Assembly: GCF_018350175.1 (NCBI RefSeq)
Contig: NC_058383.1
Coordinates: forward strand, 19,718,001-19,782,000
Reading direction: 5' to 3'
Source of the DNA: Felis catus
Lineage: Eukaryota
DNA length: 64,000 nt
Shown one piece after another: positions 1 through 12,441 of this stretch (position 1 is its first letter; each line of letters opens with the position of its first letter). Position numbers and translations under genes: made by a program. The notes beneath the pieces were generated by a model that made no database searches, was not told where the DNA came from, and saw only the letters and a program-made list of their open reading frames with translations.

Positions 1-255
1 AAACCTGTCTCCATATGCCCTTGACCCCATCCTCTCCTGTCTCCCCTGTTTTTTATTCTATTGGTTATTCCCTCTACTCCTCTTCATGTCTCCCCTTCCC
101 AAACCACGCTTTCTAGAAGTAGTCAGCACCCCCTTCTCCCCTTCTTCAGCTTCCATGCACTCACTTGTCGTGGAGGCCAATCCAGCTTCCTCCTGTTTCT
201 ATGGGCTCTTGTTGGCCATCACATTCTAAACGGGTGGCACATCCTTCTTCTTCTT

Positions 256-444
256 CTTTTTTTAGTGTTTATTTATTTTGTGTGTGTGAGAAAGCGAGAG
301 AATGAGCAAGGGAGGGGCAGAGAGGATCTGAAGTGGGCTCTCCACTGAATCAGAGAGCCCAATGGGGGCTTGAACCCACAAACCGTGAGACCGTGACCTG
401 AGTCAAAGTCAGATGCTTAACCAACAGAGCCACCCAGGTGCCCC
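256..444 (-). mobile_element. Can-SINE (SINEC)
   Basis: Reverse tRNA-derived head ending cccaggtgcccc, (GA)n and T tail; TSD-like gtggcacatc. Confidence 0.9.
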
Positions 445-949
445 TATGTGGCACATCTTTCTTGATCTCTCCAGAGCACTGACAATTCAGACCACACCCT
501 GCTACTCAATACTCCCTCCCACCTGTTTTCCTCTGATACCACTTGGCCTTGAATTCCTTTCTTGTCTTTCTACCTCCTTTCTTGGCTCTTTGATCCTGAA
601 ATGTCGGTGTTCCCAGTGTTTTCTATCCATGGGTCTCTGTTTTTATTCCTCTACCCACCCACCCCCCTTCCCAGGAAAGCACACATGTCATCACAAAGGG
701 GCATACTCTTTACCAAACTTCAAACAAGGGCTGCCATAGGGCGATGCCCACGGATTACCCCCATTTTTCAAGAGCTGTCAGATACCCTAGGGTTTTATGT
801 GCAATGTTTCAGCTTTAATTATTGGTAATGAATTCAAAATTTTATAAAACTATGCAGGGTAAACAAAACATAGATGGTCTCCATAGAGCTGTTCTCTTCT
901 CTGAGTGCCCCGGAGGCATTTTATAAAGTATTTTATTAGTAAAGATAAC

Positions 950-1880
950 TCACATCGAGGCCTTACTATGCATCAGATACTCTAAGTGGTTTGCACTATG
1001 AACTCCTCTCTTCTCAACGATGTATCAACAATGTGCTATTATTATCCCTGCTTTATAGATGAGCAGACTGGGATGGACAGCTTCAGTATTTTGTCCTGGG
1101 TCTTAGAGATACTGAGTTTAAGAACCAGAATTCAAATCCAGACAGTCTAGCTCTCCAGCTCAAGTGTTTTTTTTTTTTTTTTAAGTTTATTTATTTATTG
1201 GGGGGGGGGGGGGAGAGGGAGAGAGAATCCAAGCAGGCTCCTCCGTGCTGTCATGGCAGAGCCGGAAATGGATGGGGCTTGATCTCGCAACCGTGAGGTC
1301 ATGACCTGAGTGGCAATCAAGAGTCCGATGCTTAACGGACTGAGCCACCCAGCCGCCCCCCAAGCTCAAGCTCTTAACTAGTACACTCTACAGCTTTCCT
1401 CCCTCAGCAGACAGGGAAACTGAGGTCCAGAGAGGTTGAGAAATTGTCCAAGATCACAGGAGCGGTAACCGGTCAAGTAGGGATTTGAAGTTATCATCAC
1501 AGAGATAGATGCTTGCACTCTGCTGTTCTGTAATCAGTTACCTGTTTCCCTGCTAGACTGCGTCCCCGGGAACTGGGAGGCAAGCGTTTGTAAAATGAGT
1601 GCCCTCGCCTGGCAGAGTCCACTCACTTCTCTTAATAACTTCATTTGCTTCTCCCAACAATCCCTAGTTAAGACAGTAGCACATTGAATCAGCTCTTCCA
1701 ATGTGCGTGATTTCTTTCAAAACCTCATGAACACACTATTTCCTGGGGACCATTATCATCCCCATTTAACAGAAGAAGAAACTGAGGCTCAGTGACTTGC
1801 CCAAGATCTGACAACTAGTAGGTGGCAGAGCCAGGATTTCAGTTCAAGCTATGTGACAACAGAGCCCTCATTGCTGACCC
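950..1880. mobile_element. MIR fragments surrounding a Can-SINE (1167-1361, -)
   Basis: MIR core motifs (attatcatccccattt..acag..gaaactgaggc) and a SINEC with agctcaag TSD. Confidence 0.75.
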
Positions 1881-1979
1881 TGAGGCCACAGTGTCGGTTG
1901 TACAGATGGGGACACTGAGGCCCCGGGGCAGCGTACTGGCTTGTGTCCGCGGAGCCATGACTTTTAGGGGGAGGATCCC

Positions 1980-2540
1980 GCTGCATGCCTCCCCTTCCGA
2001 CTCCTAGGTCGCGGGGTGCCACTGTGGGGCTGCAGGCGGAGGGAGGCAACCAGGGGCCCAGCGGGTAAAGCGCGTAGAGAGGCGCGAGAAGAACCGAACG
2101 CTGCATCTAGGGGAGGGCCTCCGCGGCACCATGGCAACGGCGCGGCGGGAAAGCAGGAAGTGCGTCACCAGGGGAGGGACTAATAGGTGACATCCACCAA
2201 TGGGAGCGCCGCGCCCGCGTTCGCCCCGCCCTGCAGGAGGAGCCGAGGCCGCCTTTCTGCCTGGGCCGCCGGCGTCGGGGGCTACGCCGGGGTACCGCGG
2301 TGGGTAATCCGGGCGCGGGGCCGCGAGGCTGCCAGGGATGGAAGAGGGCCGTGCAGAGAGGCGACGGAGGACGGAAGGTGGGGGTCAGGCCCCGGGGTCG
2401 GCCCGTGTCTGTACCGGAGTGTGGCGCTGGGGGCCCGGGGGCTTGGGGCTCCTCATTTCCTGATGAGGAAACTGAGGCCCAGAGAGGGGCAGGAAGGCAA
2501 AGTAGGCTGGAACCTAGGACCCCCGGCACACAGACATTGT
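1980..2540 (+). promoter_or_regulatory. NSMCE1: CpG-island promoter and probable non-coding exon 1 of NSMCE1
   Basis: Dense CpG. RFX-like CCATGGCAAC 2129-2138, ETS GGAAG ~2156, CCAAT 2197-2201, GC box 2222-2231. Candidate donors GCG|GTGGGT (GT at 2300) and TGG|GTAATC (GT at 2304). Exact TSS and donor not determinable. Confidence 0.75.
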
Positions 2541-2705
2541 TAAATCGTAGTACCAGGTGGACAAAGCGTTTTGCTCCTAATATTAGGTGAAAAAAAGCAA
2601 AATACAGAATTCTGTCCGAACTGAATACGTAAAATGTCGCCTTTGTGGACCACCTCAGTTATCTCGCCGCCCTCTGCCCTTGTCCTAGAAATCCTTACTT
2701 TGTGC

Positions 2706-3007
2706 AAGTCCACAGCCTCGTATTTTAAAGCCCGGAGGCCAGACGTGGTCAGAATCCCGAATTTCTCGGATTTTCGAAAGGAATATGATGCATATATTCG
2801 ATGTTAGGTCATACCTTCAATTGGGGTCTGGGGCAGCCTTTTGTAATCAAATACACTAATATTTTCACAGCTAAATATGTGCGTATTTACATCAAAGGAG
2901 GTAAAGGACCGCCATACAGAGTCTCACCGTAGGTCAGGTTTTCAAACTTAAAAGATTTTGGTTTTAGGACGTCTTTTGATTTGAGAATTGTAGGTAGAGC
3001 GGTCCTG
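2706..3007. mobile_element. TcMar-Tigger-type MITE (MER46C-like)
   Basis: Resembles the recalled consensus (ggccagacgtg..cagaat..gaattt..cggatttt; ggggtctggggcagc). Confidence 0.55.
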
Positions 3008-3112
3008 ATTTAATTGTAGGCTCCTGTTTCTCGCTTACCTGGACAGTTCCTGAACTGTTTGTTTTGTCACCCTTATGCCCATCACCTGGGCCCTCCGTCT
3101 CTCTTAACTCAT

Positions 3113-3342
3113 CTTTTTAAAAAAATTTTTTTTTTCAACTTTTTTAAATTTATTTTTGGGACAGAGAGAGACAGAGCATGAACGGGGGAGGGGCAGAGAG
3201 AGAGGGAGACACAGAATCCGAAACAGGCTCCAGGCTCCGAGCCATCAGCCCAGAGCCTGACGCGGGGCTCGAACTCACGGACCGCGAGATGGTGACCTGG
3301 CTGAAGTCAGACGCTTAACCGACTGCGCCACCCAGGCGCCCC
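3113..3342 (-). mobile_element. Young felid SINE (SINEC_Fc-type)
   Basis: Near-consensus, CpG-retaining copy; TSD ttaactcatcttttta. Confidence 0.95.
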
Positions 3343-3423
3343 TTAACTCATCTTTTTAACATTTATTTCAGCTGGTATGTAACATATTTACATCCTTTTT
3401 TAATCAAGATATATAACATATCT

Positions 3424-3603
3424 GGGACTTCGGCTTGGATCATGATCTCACGGTTCGTGGGTTCAAGCCCCGCATCGGGCTCTGTGCTGACAGCTCAGAG
3501 CCTGGAGCCTGCTTCTGATTCTGTGTCTCCCTCTCTCTGTCTGCCCCTCCTCTGCTCGCTCTCTGTTTCTCTCTCTCAAAAATAAATGTTACAAAAAATG
3601 TTA
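3424..3603 (+). mobile_element. 5'-truncated Can-SINE
   Basis: SINEC body, (CT)n and A tail; TSD aaga..tataacatatct. Confidence 0.9.
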
Positions 3604-3649
3604 AGACCTATAACATATCTATAAAAATGTTTGCAACTGTAAATTTAAA

Positions 3650-6600
3650 GAATAAAAATAAAATAAACACCCATATATCCAGCATCAGGTTAGGAAATCG
3701 AACAATTCTATATCCGTAATGTCCAGGTTGAATCCTTTCTTCCCGTCACTAAAGCGACCGCCTCCCTGTATTGTGTTACCTAATCCCTTGTTTTTCTTTG
3801 TGGTTGTTACTATGCATCTGTAATGACTACCACGTATGTTTTGCTAGGTTTTATATTTTATAGAGGATCCTAATCTATATTTGTGTGACTTTATTTTTGC
3901 ATGTAACATTACATATATGAGATATGTCCATGTTGACGTGAGTAGCCCCATTTCACTTACTTTCATTGCTTCGTGGCTATTTTGAATTCCGTGGCCTGAT
4001 TGTAAATGGAGGCGTTCTTCAACTGATTGTCATTTAGACGGTTGCCAGATTTTTGCTATCACGTGGTGATATTTTTGCTATCACACATTTCCTGAGGCAG
4101 ATGTGGAAAAGTTTCTGTAAGTTATATACCTAACCGTGGATTTCTGGGGCTACCCGGGTTTGCTATTAATATCGAATCGTCTGAAGTGGTTTATAAGAAG
4201 AGTTTACCCTTTACCAGCCTCAGCCATTCTGAAGACTTTTTGCCTACACCTGGGCATGAATAAGACATTAATCACCGTGGCTTGAATACTCATTTGCCTG
4301 ATGACCTTGAGATTGAGCATCTTTTAATGTATTTATTCATCATTTGTGCATCCTCTTTGCACATTTCTGTTGCTGATTTCTTGCTTACAGTTGTCTTCCC
4401 CTTACTGATATGTAGGGAGTCTTTGTGTGTTCTGAGTATGAATCTTTTGTGGCTTCACTGTGTGTCAGATACTTTCCAGTTTGTAGCTTTTCTTCTCTCT
4501 TTCTCTCCCACCCTCTACTGTTTTTGGTGAACAGAGGTTTTTAATTTTAATGAAGTAGAATTTATCGGTATATTCCTCTATGGTTTATGCTTTCTGTATC
4601 TTTTTAAGAAATTCTTCCCTGCCTTTGGCTCATAAAAGATGTTCTCCGGGGTGCCTGGGTGGCTCAGTCAGTTGAGCGTGCGACTCTTGATTTCAGCTCA
4701 GGTCATGATCTCAAGGTTCATGGGATTGAGCCCCATGTCGATCCTGCAGAGCCTGCTTGGGATTCCCTCCCTCTCTCTCTCTGCCTCTCCCCTGCTCTCT
4801 CTCTCAAAATAAATAATTAAACATTAAAAAATAAAATAAAATCTTGAAAAAAGAAAGATGTTCCCCTATATTGTTGTCCAAAAGTTTTATGGTGTTTCCT
4901 TTCCTACGCTCTTCACCCTCCAAAAGATTTTTATGCATAGTCTGAGGTGAGGGTTGGGCTGTCTGTTTTTTCACATAAGGGTAATCTGTTGCCCTGGCAC
5001 CTTTTGTTGAAAAGCTTGCTTTGCTCTGGAGTTCCATTTCTCCAGCGTATCAGGTATTCATATCTGTGCGTTTCTGTGTCTGAGTTGTCTGTTCTGGCCC
5101 ACTGGTCTTCTCTGGTCCGTGTCTGTACCCTTGTCACACATTGTTCCTTACTCGAGCTTCAGAATAAACTGCTAACTCGTGGAACAAGTCCTCCTGCCTT
5201 TATCTTCTCCCAGAATGGCGTTGCTGTTTCGCCTTTATGTTTTCCATGTAAATTTTGGAATGATCTCATCAAATCACTCACAGACACAAGAAGCCTATTG
5301 GGATGTTGATTGGAATCGCACCGATTCCGTCGCATTGGCTCAGTTTGGATTTGAAAGTGGTTGCTTTCAACATTCCATCCTTAAAAATATGATGGTCACT
5401 GTAGGGTTTTGCCGATATCTTTAGTAGATAAAGGAAGTTTCCTTCAATTCCAAGTTTGTTAAGAGTTTTTAGTACCAGTGACTGTTGAATTTTATCAATC
5501 GTATTTTCTGAATCTTTTAAGGTGATAGTAGGCTTTTTCTTCTGTATGCTGTTAATGTGGTGGCTCACACTGATTGATTTTTTTCCAGCTTTATTAAGAC
5601 ATTGACATAGAACGTTTGACTGATTTTTTTTTTAATTTTTTTTTCAACGTTTATTTATTTTTGGGACAGAGAGAGACAGAGCATGAGCGGGGGAGGGGCA
5701 GAGAGAGAGGGAGACACAGAATCCGAAACAGGCTTCAGGCTCTGAGCCATCAGCCCTGAGCCTGACGCGGGGCTCGAACTCACGGACCGCGAGATCGTGA
5801 CCTGGCTGAAGTCGGACGCTTAACCGACTGCGCCACCCAGGCGCCCCTTGACTGATTTTTAAATGTTAAACTGCTGCCCGGATAAACCCAACTTGGTTAC
5901 CGTATATTATCCTCTTTACGTTGCTAGTTCAGATTAACGTTTTGCTTAGGACCATTGCAGCTGTGTTCCTGAAAGATACATTTTCCTTTCTTTTGAAGTC
6001 TCTGTTAGATTTTAATGCCCAACATATGTCAACCTTATCAGATGATTTGGGGAGGGTTTGCTCTTTTTTGGGCTCTGAGATAGTTTTGTGACATTTGAAA
6101 TCACTTCTAGAATGTTTGATAGGACTTCTTGATAAATCTTTCCGGATCTAAAGTTTTCTTTGTTGGGGGATAGATTTCCCACAGTGTGTCTTCAATGGTT
6201 ATAAAACCTGTTAGGTTTTCAGATCATTCTTTAGTTGGTTTTGAATGGATTTGCTATAACTTTGCTTGTTTAAAACTCATGATTATTATAAGTTGTTTAT
6301 GTCTCTGCAATTAGTGTTCCTTTTTCATTCCAAATATTGTTTATTTGTTAGTCTTCTCTTGGAAGATCTTGTCAGAGGTTGGTCGCTTTTATTGTGTTTT
6401 TTTTTTCTTAAATTTTTAAAAATGTTTGTTTATTTTTGAGAGAGAGAGAGATCGATTGTGAGCTGGGGAGGGGCAGAGAGAGAGAGGGACCCAGAATCTG
6501 AAGCAGGCTCCAAGCTCTGAGCTGTCAGCACAGAGCCCTTTGTGGGGCTCGAACCCACAAACTGTGAGATCATGACCTGAGTGGAAGTCAGAGGCTTAAC

Positions 6601-6710
6601 TGACTGGGCCACCCCAGTGCTCCTATTATGTTTTTTTTTCAAAGGCTAATTTTCTTTTTGTTGATCTCAGGTATATGCTAATTTCATTAAATTCTGCTCT
6701 TTATTATTTA
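3650..6710 (-). mobile_element. Old L1 fragments with inserted Can-SINEs (4648-4852 +, 5625-5847 -, 6393-6623 -)
   Basis: ORF 5278-5568 (-) reads DKIQQSLVLKTLNKLGIEGNFLYLLK, an L1 ORF2 RT-region motif. SINEs have TSDs aaagatgttc and ttgactgattttt. Confidence 0.85.
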
Positions 6711-7039
6711 AGTTTCTTGAAATTCATGAAGAGGACTCAGGAAGAAAAGGGTTGAGGAGGGGGAAGGAGGAGTCCAATTTAGGATCTGTCGAGGCTGCAT
6801 TTCCGGTGAACTGTTCTCAAGGAAGTTTCGCAGGCAGGCAGAGAAACCGGCCATGAGCTGGCGTGTCTTCCTTCCTCCGAGGTCCAGCTGATGTGCTGCT
6901 TGGTCTTGTGTGTCTCCTAGTCCTGTCTCCTTTAACCTCATCTTCTGCCTTAAAGAGAGCTTTTTATTATCCCCATCTTACGGAGGAGAAGACTGAGGCT
7001 TAGGGAGATGAAGCTTGTTAGCTAGAAATGTTTTCGTGC

Positions 7040-7222
7040 CGTATTTGCCCAAGGTAACAGCCAGTTTCTTGTCCGGTCATGGCATCGCCTGGAGTGTGTA
7101 TTAAAACCTCAGAATTCCAGCCCCTCTGCGGCCTGAACCTCCAGCGAAGGGGCCTGGGAATCTGTATTTTTCATGCACAGATTAGATGATTCTTAAGATG
7201 GAGCAGGTCTGGCAGACACTGG
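7040..7222. mobile_element. hAT-Charlie MITE (MER5A-like)
   Basis: ggggcctgggaatctgtattttt...gatgattctta motif. Confidence 0.6.
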
Positions 7223-8044
7223 TCTCGGCACCACGTGTCTATTTCTAAACCCACGCCCTTTGCCTCCGCACGGTGCCACCACGCCGTGGCAAGGGCAGGC
7301 TTTTTGATCAGGACTCATGTGATGCATTTATCAGCTCTGATCTCTGTGGTTTGTGGAAAGACGATGTTTTAGTAGAGAGCAAGAGATTGAAAAAACACCC
7401 CACAGCGACAGTCGTTTCGTTAGCGGTTTGGGAGACGAGGAGGAAGCTAGCACTGGTTAAGCCAAGTCCGCTAGGAGTTCTTCAGGCAGCACACACCGTT
7501 CTCGTTTTATCGTGAGAAAACGGGCCCTCGGCACACTTGGTCCCAGCGAGCCTCGTGAGTGGCCGAACCAGGCTTCAGAGCCAGAACTGCCCGGTAGTAA
7601 AACCAGCCGACACGTAGGTAGCGCTCAGCCTGTCGCCAGGCTTTCACAGGTCCTACTCCTTGAACAGCGTTAATTCTCCGGTGGACGTTCTAGCGGTGGG
7701 CTCACCTTATAGGTCACAAACCGGGCCACGCCCCCTTTCACACACTTGGGTGTGGAGCGGGCTGCGTCCAGGCGTGCTGGCTGGCTCCAGACCCCCACTT
7801 CTTGCCGCCCCCCTCCCCCCCCCCCGGACTAGTGTGCTTGCCCCTGACTTGCCTCCTTTCTGCTTCTGTGCTCTTGGGCGGGATGAACTGGGGTCTGCAA
7901 GCTGTCACAGAGGGCTAGTTGTGAACACAAGGAAGCACAGACCCCAGAACTTGGCTTTCGGAGCGCTCAGAGGTGACTGGGTGTCCTTTGCTTCTTTTCT
8001 TAGCGCCTTCGTGCACGCAGGGCGGCGCGCGGAGAGCGGGCATC

Positions 8045-8150
8045 ATGACCGACGTCCACCGGCGGTTCCTCCAGCTGCTGATGACTCATGGGGTGCTGGA
8101 GGAGCGGGGCGTGAGACGCCTGCAGAAGCACTGCTATCGGGTCCATGGCC
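8045..8150 (+). CDS. NSMCE1: NSMCE1 (SMC5/6 complex E3 ligase subunit NSE1) first coding exon
   Basis: Acceptor ttcttag ending 8003. Encodes MTDVHRRFLQLLMTHGVLEERGVRRLQKHCYRVHG, matching the recalled NSMCE1 N-terminus. Donor GTGAGT at 8151, phase 1. Confidence 0.95.
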
Positions 8151-10839
8151 GTGAGTACCGTCTCCCTGTCCCCAGGGTGCCCGGGACCGCGCCATCGGCG
8201 GCTGGTGACACGGGTGTGAGCCTCGCCACCCGTCAGGCGGCACGCCTCACCTGGGCGTGCAGGTCTCCTCGGGCTCATGCCAGCCCGTTTCTCACCTCCT
8301 CTTTGACCTTTTTTTTTTTTTTTTTGTGAGCAAATCTGACATTTAGCCCAGTCATGGGAACTTGAAGCGGCCTAGCTGTGGTTCACACCGGGGCCCCAGC
8401 ATCTTCTCCAGCCTGCGTTTCTTCATGTCGCAAATGAAGATAATTAAGCATCCTGGACACCGTGGAGGGAGGGGGGTTCGGAGGGTTAAGAGACAAGATG
8501 CGTCCAGAGTTCCTGGCCGGGCCCGGGGAACGCGCTCCCTTGGCCGTGGCCGGTGGGAGGGCCGCTCGGCACAGTGGGTGAGAGCACAGCCCTGGACTCA
8601 GCCAGACCCGGGGCAAGGGCCGCCCTGCCCTGTGCGGGGGGTGGGTGCTTGAAGCATCTCCTCAGTGGGCTGCTCAGAGGGGAGGGGAGGTAACACAGGC
8701 GAAGCACTCAGGCCGGGCCGGGCTGAGTTTTCAGTGACGGGAGGGAGCCGTAGAAACAGCAGAAAGGATGCCAGCATGTCAGTAAGATCTGCATTGGTAG
8801 CTCTCGTGGAGTTGAGCGTCAGTGTGGGGAGATCTTGTTGTGTGAAAGAGGAAGTGGATAAATTTCACTCGCTGCACGATGTCACTGCGTTAAGCTTTTT
8901 GTAAAACCAGGATTCTTGTTCGTGAACACACACATCTGCACATAAAGATGTAAGGGTGCACCGGAAGGATATGTGACAGACACACTTGTGAGGTGCTTGC
9001 CTTTGGGGAGACAACAGAAGACACCTTGGTCTTTATCCTCTTTTCGTCTTTCATTAAAGAAAAAAAAAAAAGAGTCGAAGCAAACAGGGTATTAGTAGTG
9101 TGGCCTAATTACAAGCGTCACTTCTGATGAACGGGAGTACAGGTGTTTGTTTATATTCTTTGTTTTTGTCTTTCTGTCTGTGTGTTTAGTTTTCAAGAAA
9201 AGAGCAGAAACTGCATAGAGGGAAGCCAGCCAAGAGGGGTGAGGAAAGGTATGCGTGGGGCGCCAGGGTTACGGGTGAAGGCACACGAGAAGAGGGGCCG
9301 CATTTAGGGACCGGCGCCCGGGGCATAGCAGAAGAAGCCAGATCGAGAGAGGTGAAGGGTGGATGGGAGCAGGAAGGGCGAGACAGAGGGTACAGAGACA
9401 GGCGCTTTTCCGTGACGAGTGGGAGGGAGAGCAGAGGGTGCGTAGCTTTGGGGGGACTGGCCCCTCGAGGCATCCCGTGCGAAATTCTGGGCCTGCTGGT
9501 CCACGCTGACAAATGAAATGCTTGCAGGCGTCCTACAGTGAGGAAACTTCGTTGGCCTGCGCCTGACATCCTTTGGGAGACCCCAGGCAGGAAAGCACGA
9601 TGTGTGGGAACAACATATGTACTTTTGGCGTGTAGGTTTATACATCAGGAACAACCTGTCGTATAGACACCACGGTAATGGGGTTTCTTTTGTACTTAGT
9701 TCCGGGGACAGGGTGGACGTCTGGAAGGACTTGAAGCAGGCAAAGCACATCATCAGTGCTGTGCTGGAAGACTCCCCTTCTGGTGAAAGCATACCCGTTC
9801 TACTTGGCCGGCGCTGGGGTGAATAGAGGGCTTTGGTGAGGGCCTCCTTTATGGAAAAGGAACATTACATCTGCCAAGCCAGCTGTCCTTGCTCTGAAAA
9901 AACACAAGAGGATTTTAACCACCCACCCCTTGGTATGCTCCAGTGAAGGGCATAAGAATGTTTTTCTTAGTTTTTTGACTACATGGCAGTTCATTTCTGT
10001 TCGCCTTCAGTTTCTCATGTAAGTCCTAAATGTGGGCTTTAATGCTAATGGGGAAGTTTCGTAGCTCACTGCAAGGAGCCACATGCTGCCTTAGTACTAA
10101 GAATGAAAGTGTTTTTGCCTTTGTTTGACCTTTAAAGCTGTTATGACCTAATTTAGGAAAGTCCTGTACAATATATCTAGGAATTAATTTATTCTTCATG
10201 CTTTATGTGCCCTATCTGTGCGTCAAGATAAAGTGACGGCTGGGTCATCAGGATAGAACTGTAGTTCATTTTCCCCTAGCCTTCATTAAAAAAAAAGAAA
10301 AAAAAAGAAAAAAAAGCTTTTTCTCAAGGAGTGTTGTTATTTTAGAGATTTTCAAGCAAGGAACGTTAGAAAGAAATTATTCAAATTAAATAAATACTTA
10401 CAAGACCCACCATTATTATCTGTCTTTTGAAGAGATGCCCAGGAAAGTCCCCTTTTACCAACTGGAAAAACACTTAGCTTCTAAGATAATTATGAAACAG
10501 AAGGGTATTTGAGTCTGCGAGTTATTGTGATTACAGTTTCCCATGGATTTTCATCCAGCTGATCAAAAATACTTCCTATTCTGGGCTCTGGTTTGGGCTG
10601 TCTTCTTCCCGTCACTAGTGGGAGAAATAAATTCCCCAGTTCTCTTGGCTAGCGAGAGTTCAGATTTCATTCTGGCGTGCTGGCGTAAAGCCTCGTGTCT
10701 GGACTCTCCGAGTGGCACCGGGGACCCGCGTGCGCGAAGAGGGCACCTTGGGTTGCGAGCCAGAGCTTGTGTACGTGCATGAGGTCACGCAGCACTGCCC
10801 GCCGTGGCCTCCTGTGGGCCAGGGACTGGTGACATAGAC

Positions 10840-10936
10840 ACACAGCTTTTGCTTTTGCCTTGGGTTTCGTGAGTCATGCAGACCAGACTCGTGATTCCAG
10901 GATAAGCCTCCCTTGACGGAAGTAGGGACAGGAAGC
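10840..10936 (-). pseudogene. Possible decayed transmembrane exon
   Basis: Branch point cttaac plus tccttag acceptor, phase-1 FLSLLPSREAYPGITSLVCM, followed in a shifted frame by basic KPKAKAK. Confidence 0.25.
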
Positions 10937-11129
10937 CTAAGGAGTGATGGTTAAGAAGACTTGCATTTGAGGATTTCCACTTTTGACCAAGATAGAGTAA
11001 CAGGGACTGATTTACTTTCCTGTCTGAAACAATTAAAAGATGGACAAAATTTCTGAAACCCTAGACTTTAGTCAGCGAAGCACAGTGATACCTTAAGAGG
11101 CGGGCAGTGAAGGTTTTTTTTCCTCCTGA

Positions 11130-11887
11130 CACCAAATATGTGTTGTCTTTTCCAGCACCTCCTCTCCAGTTCTCTGGACACCAACTGGATGTTGGTCAGC
11201 TCGGTTCTGACACTGTTTACCGGGAGTTGGGGCCAGATCTCACGGTTACAGGGTTTCGCCCCACAAGGCTGCCCCCATTTCGGACGCCAGTCTCAAGTCT
11301 GGGCCACCTATACTTCTGACTGACCGGCTAGCAAGCGGGGAGTCCCATGACCCCTTCCTCAGGTTCAGTAATTTGCTAGAATGGCTCACAGAACTCAGGA
11401 AAACACTTGACTTACATTTGCTGGCCTATTATAAAGGATATAGCTCAGGAACAGCCAAATGGGAGAGATGCCTAGGGCAGGGTGGCCTAGGGGGGTGGGA
11501 GGGGGGCACGGAATTTCCACGCCCTTTCTGGGTGCTCTCTCCCGGCACCTTGATGTGGATCTCCAAATGCCATCATCTGAGGGTTTTCATGGAGATTTCG
11601 TTACAGACGCGTGGTCGATGATGAACTGGCCATCAGTGATTAGCTCCCTATCTAGTCCCTCTGTCCTTCCCCGAGATGGGGATGAGGCTGAAAGTTCCAG
11701 GCTTCCAATCAAGGCTTGGTCTTTCTGGCAGCCAACTCCCATCCTGAAGTTCTTTAGGGACCTGCCAAGAGTCGCCTCATTAGAACAAAACACTTGCGTT
11801 ACCCTGATCGCTCAGGAAATTCCAAGGGTTTGAGGAGGTCTGTGCCAGGGACCAGGGATGACAACCAAGTATCTTTTTTATGCCACA
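11130..11887. mobile_element. ERVL solo LTR (MER21-like) inserted in an old L1
   Basis: Characteristic aatttgctagaatggctcacagaactcaggaaaacac and ggaaattccaaggg motifs; ends ...gccaca. Confidence 0.7.
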
Positions 11888-12194
11888 GGCAAGAAGGGAA
11901 TGAGCACTACAGTTGCCTCGGCTCACTTCCCTGAGCCCGTTTTCAGGCCACGGGGCGGGGCGGGGGGGCGGAGAACCTGAGCAGAACTAAACAGACTGGC
12001 TGAGCTGAGGGGATGGGGATGGGGGCTCAGGGAGACCACCAAAGCGCTGGCAGGTCAGAGCGGCAGAGGGGGTGCGCAGAGAGAGCTGGAGGTGGGGGCT
12101 GTCAGCTGAGGGCTGAGCTACCCGGTGAGCAGCCTGAGGCTGGGCAGAGATGTGGTGGGAAGGATAAAGAGAGGGGCACCGGCGGGGGGGGGGG

Positions 12195-12441
12195 GGGCGG
12201 CGAGGGGAGCAGAATCAGTCAGTTGAGCGGCTGACTCTTGGATCGGTTTTGGCTCAGGTCGTGATCTCACTTCTCTAGAATTTGAGGCCGGCGTCAGGCT
12301 CTGTGCTGACGGCTCTGTGCTGTGGAGCCTGCTTGGGGTTCTCTATCTCCCTCTGTCTCTGCTCCTCTCTCTCTCTCACTCTCTCTCTCAAAATAAATAC
12401 ATACATACATACATACATACATACATACATAAATAAATAAA
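12195..12441 (+). mobile_element. Can-SINE with (TACA)n microsatellite tail
   Basis: SINEC body; (TACA) repeat ~12397-12430. Confidence 0.9.

Noticed and set aside
9640..9780. Minus-strand peptide GVFQHSTDDVLC...PDV..GTKY superficially like group III phospholipase A2
   Set aside because: Lacks the catalytic His-Asp and conserved cysteines; likely coincidence.
9700..9835. Possible plus-strand cassette exon in NSMCE1 intron 2
   Set aside because: An acceptor-like tttgtacttag is present, but donors are mediocre and there is no similarity to recalled NSMCE1 isoforms.
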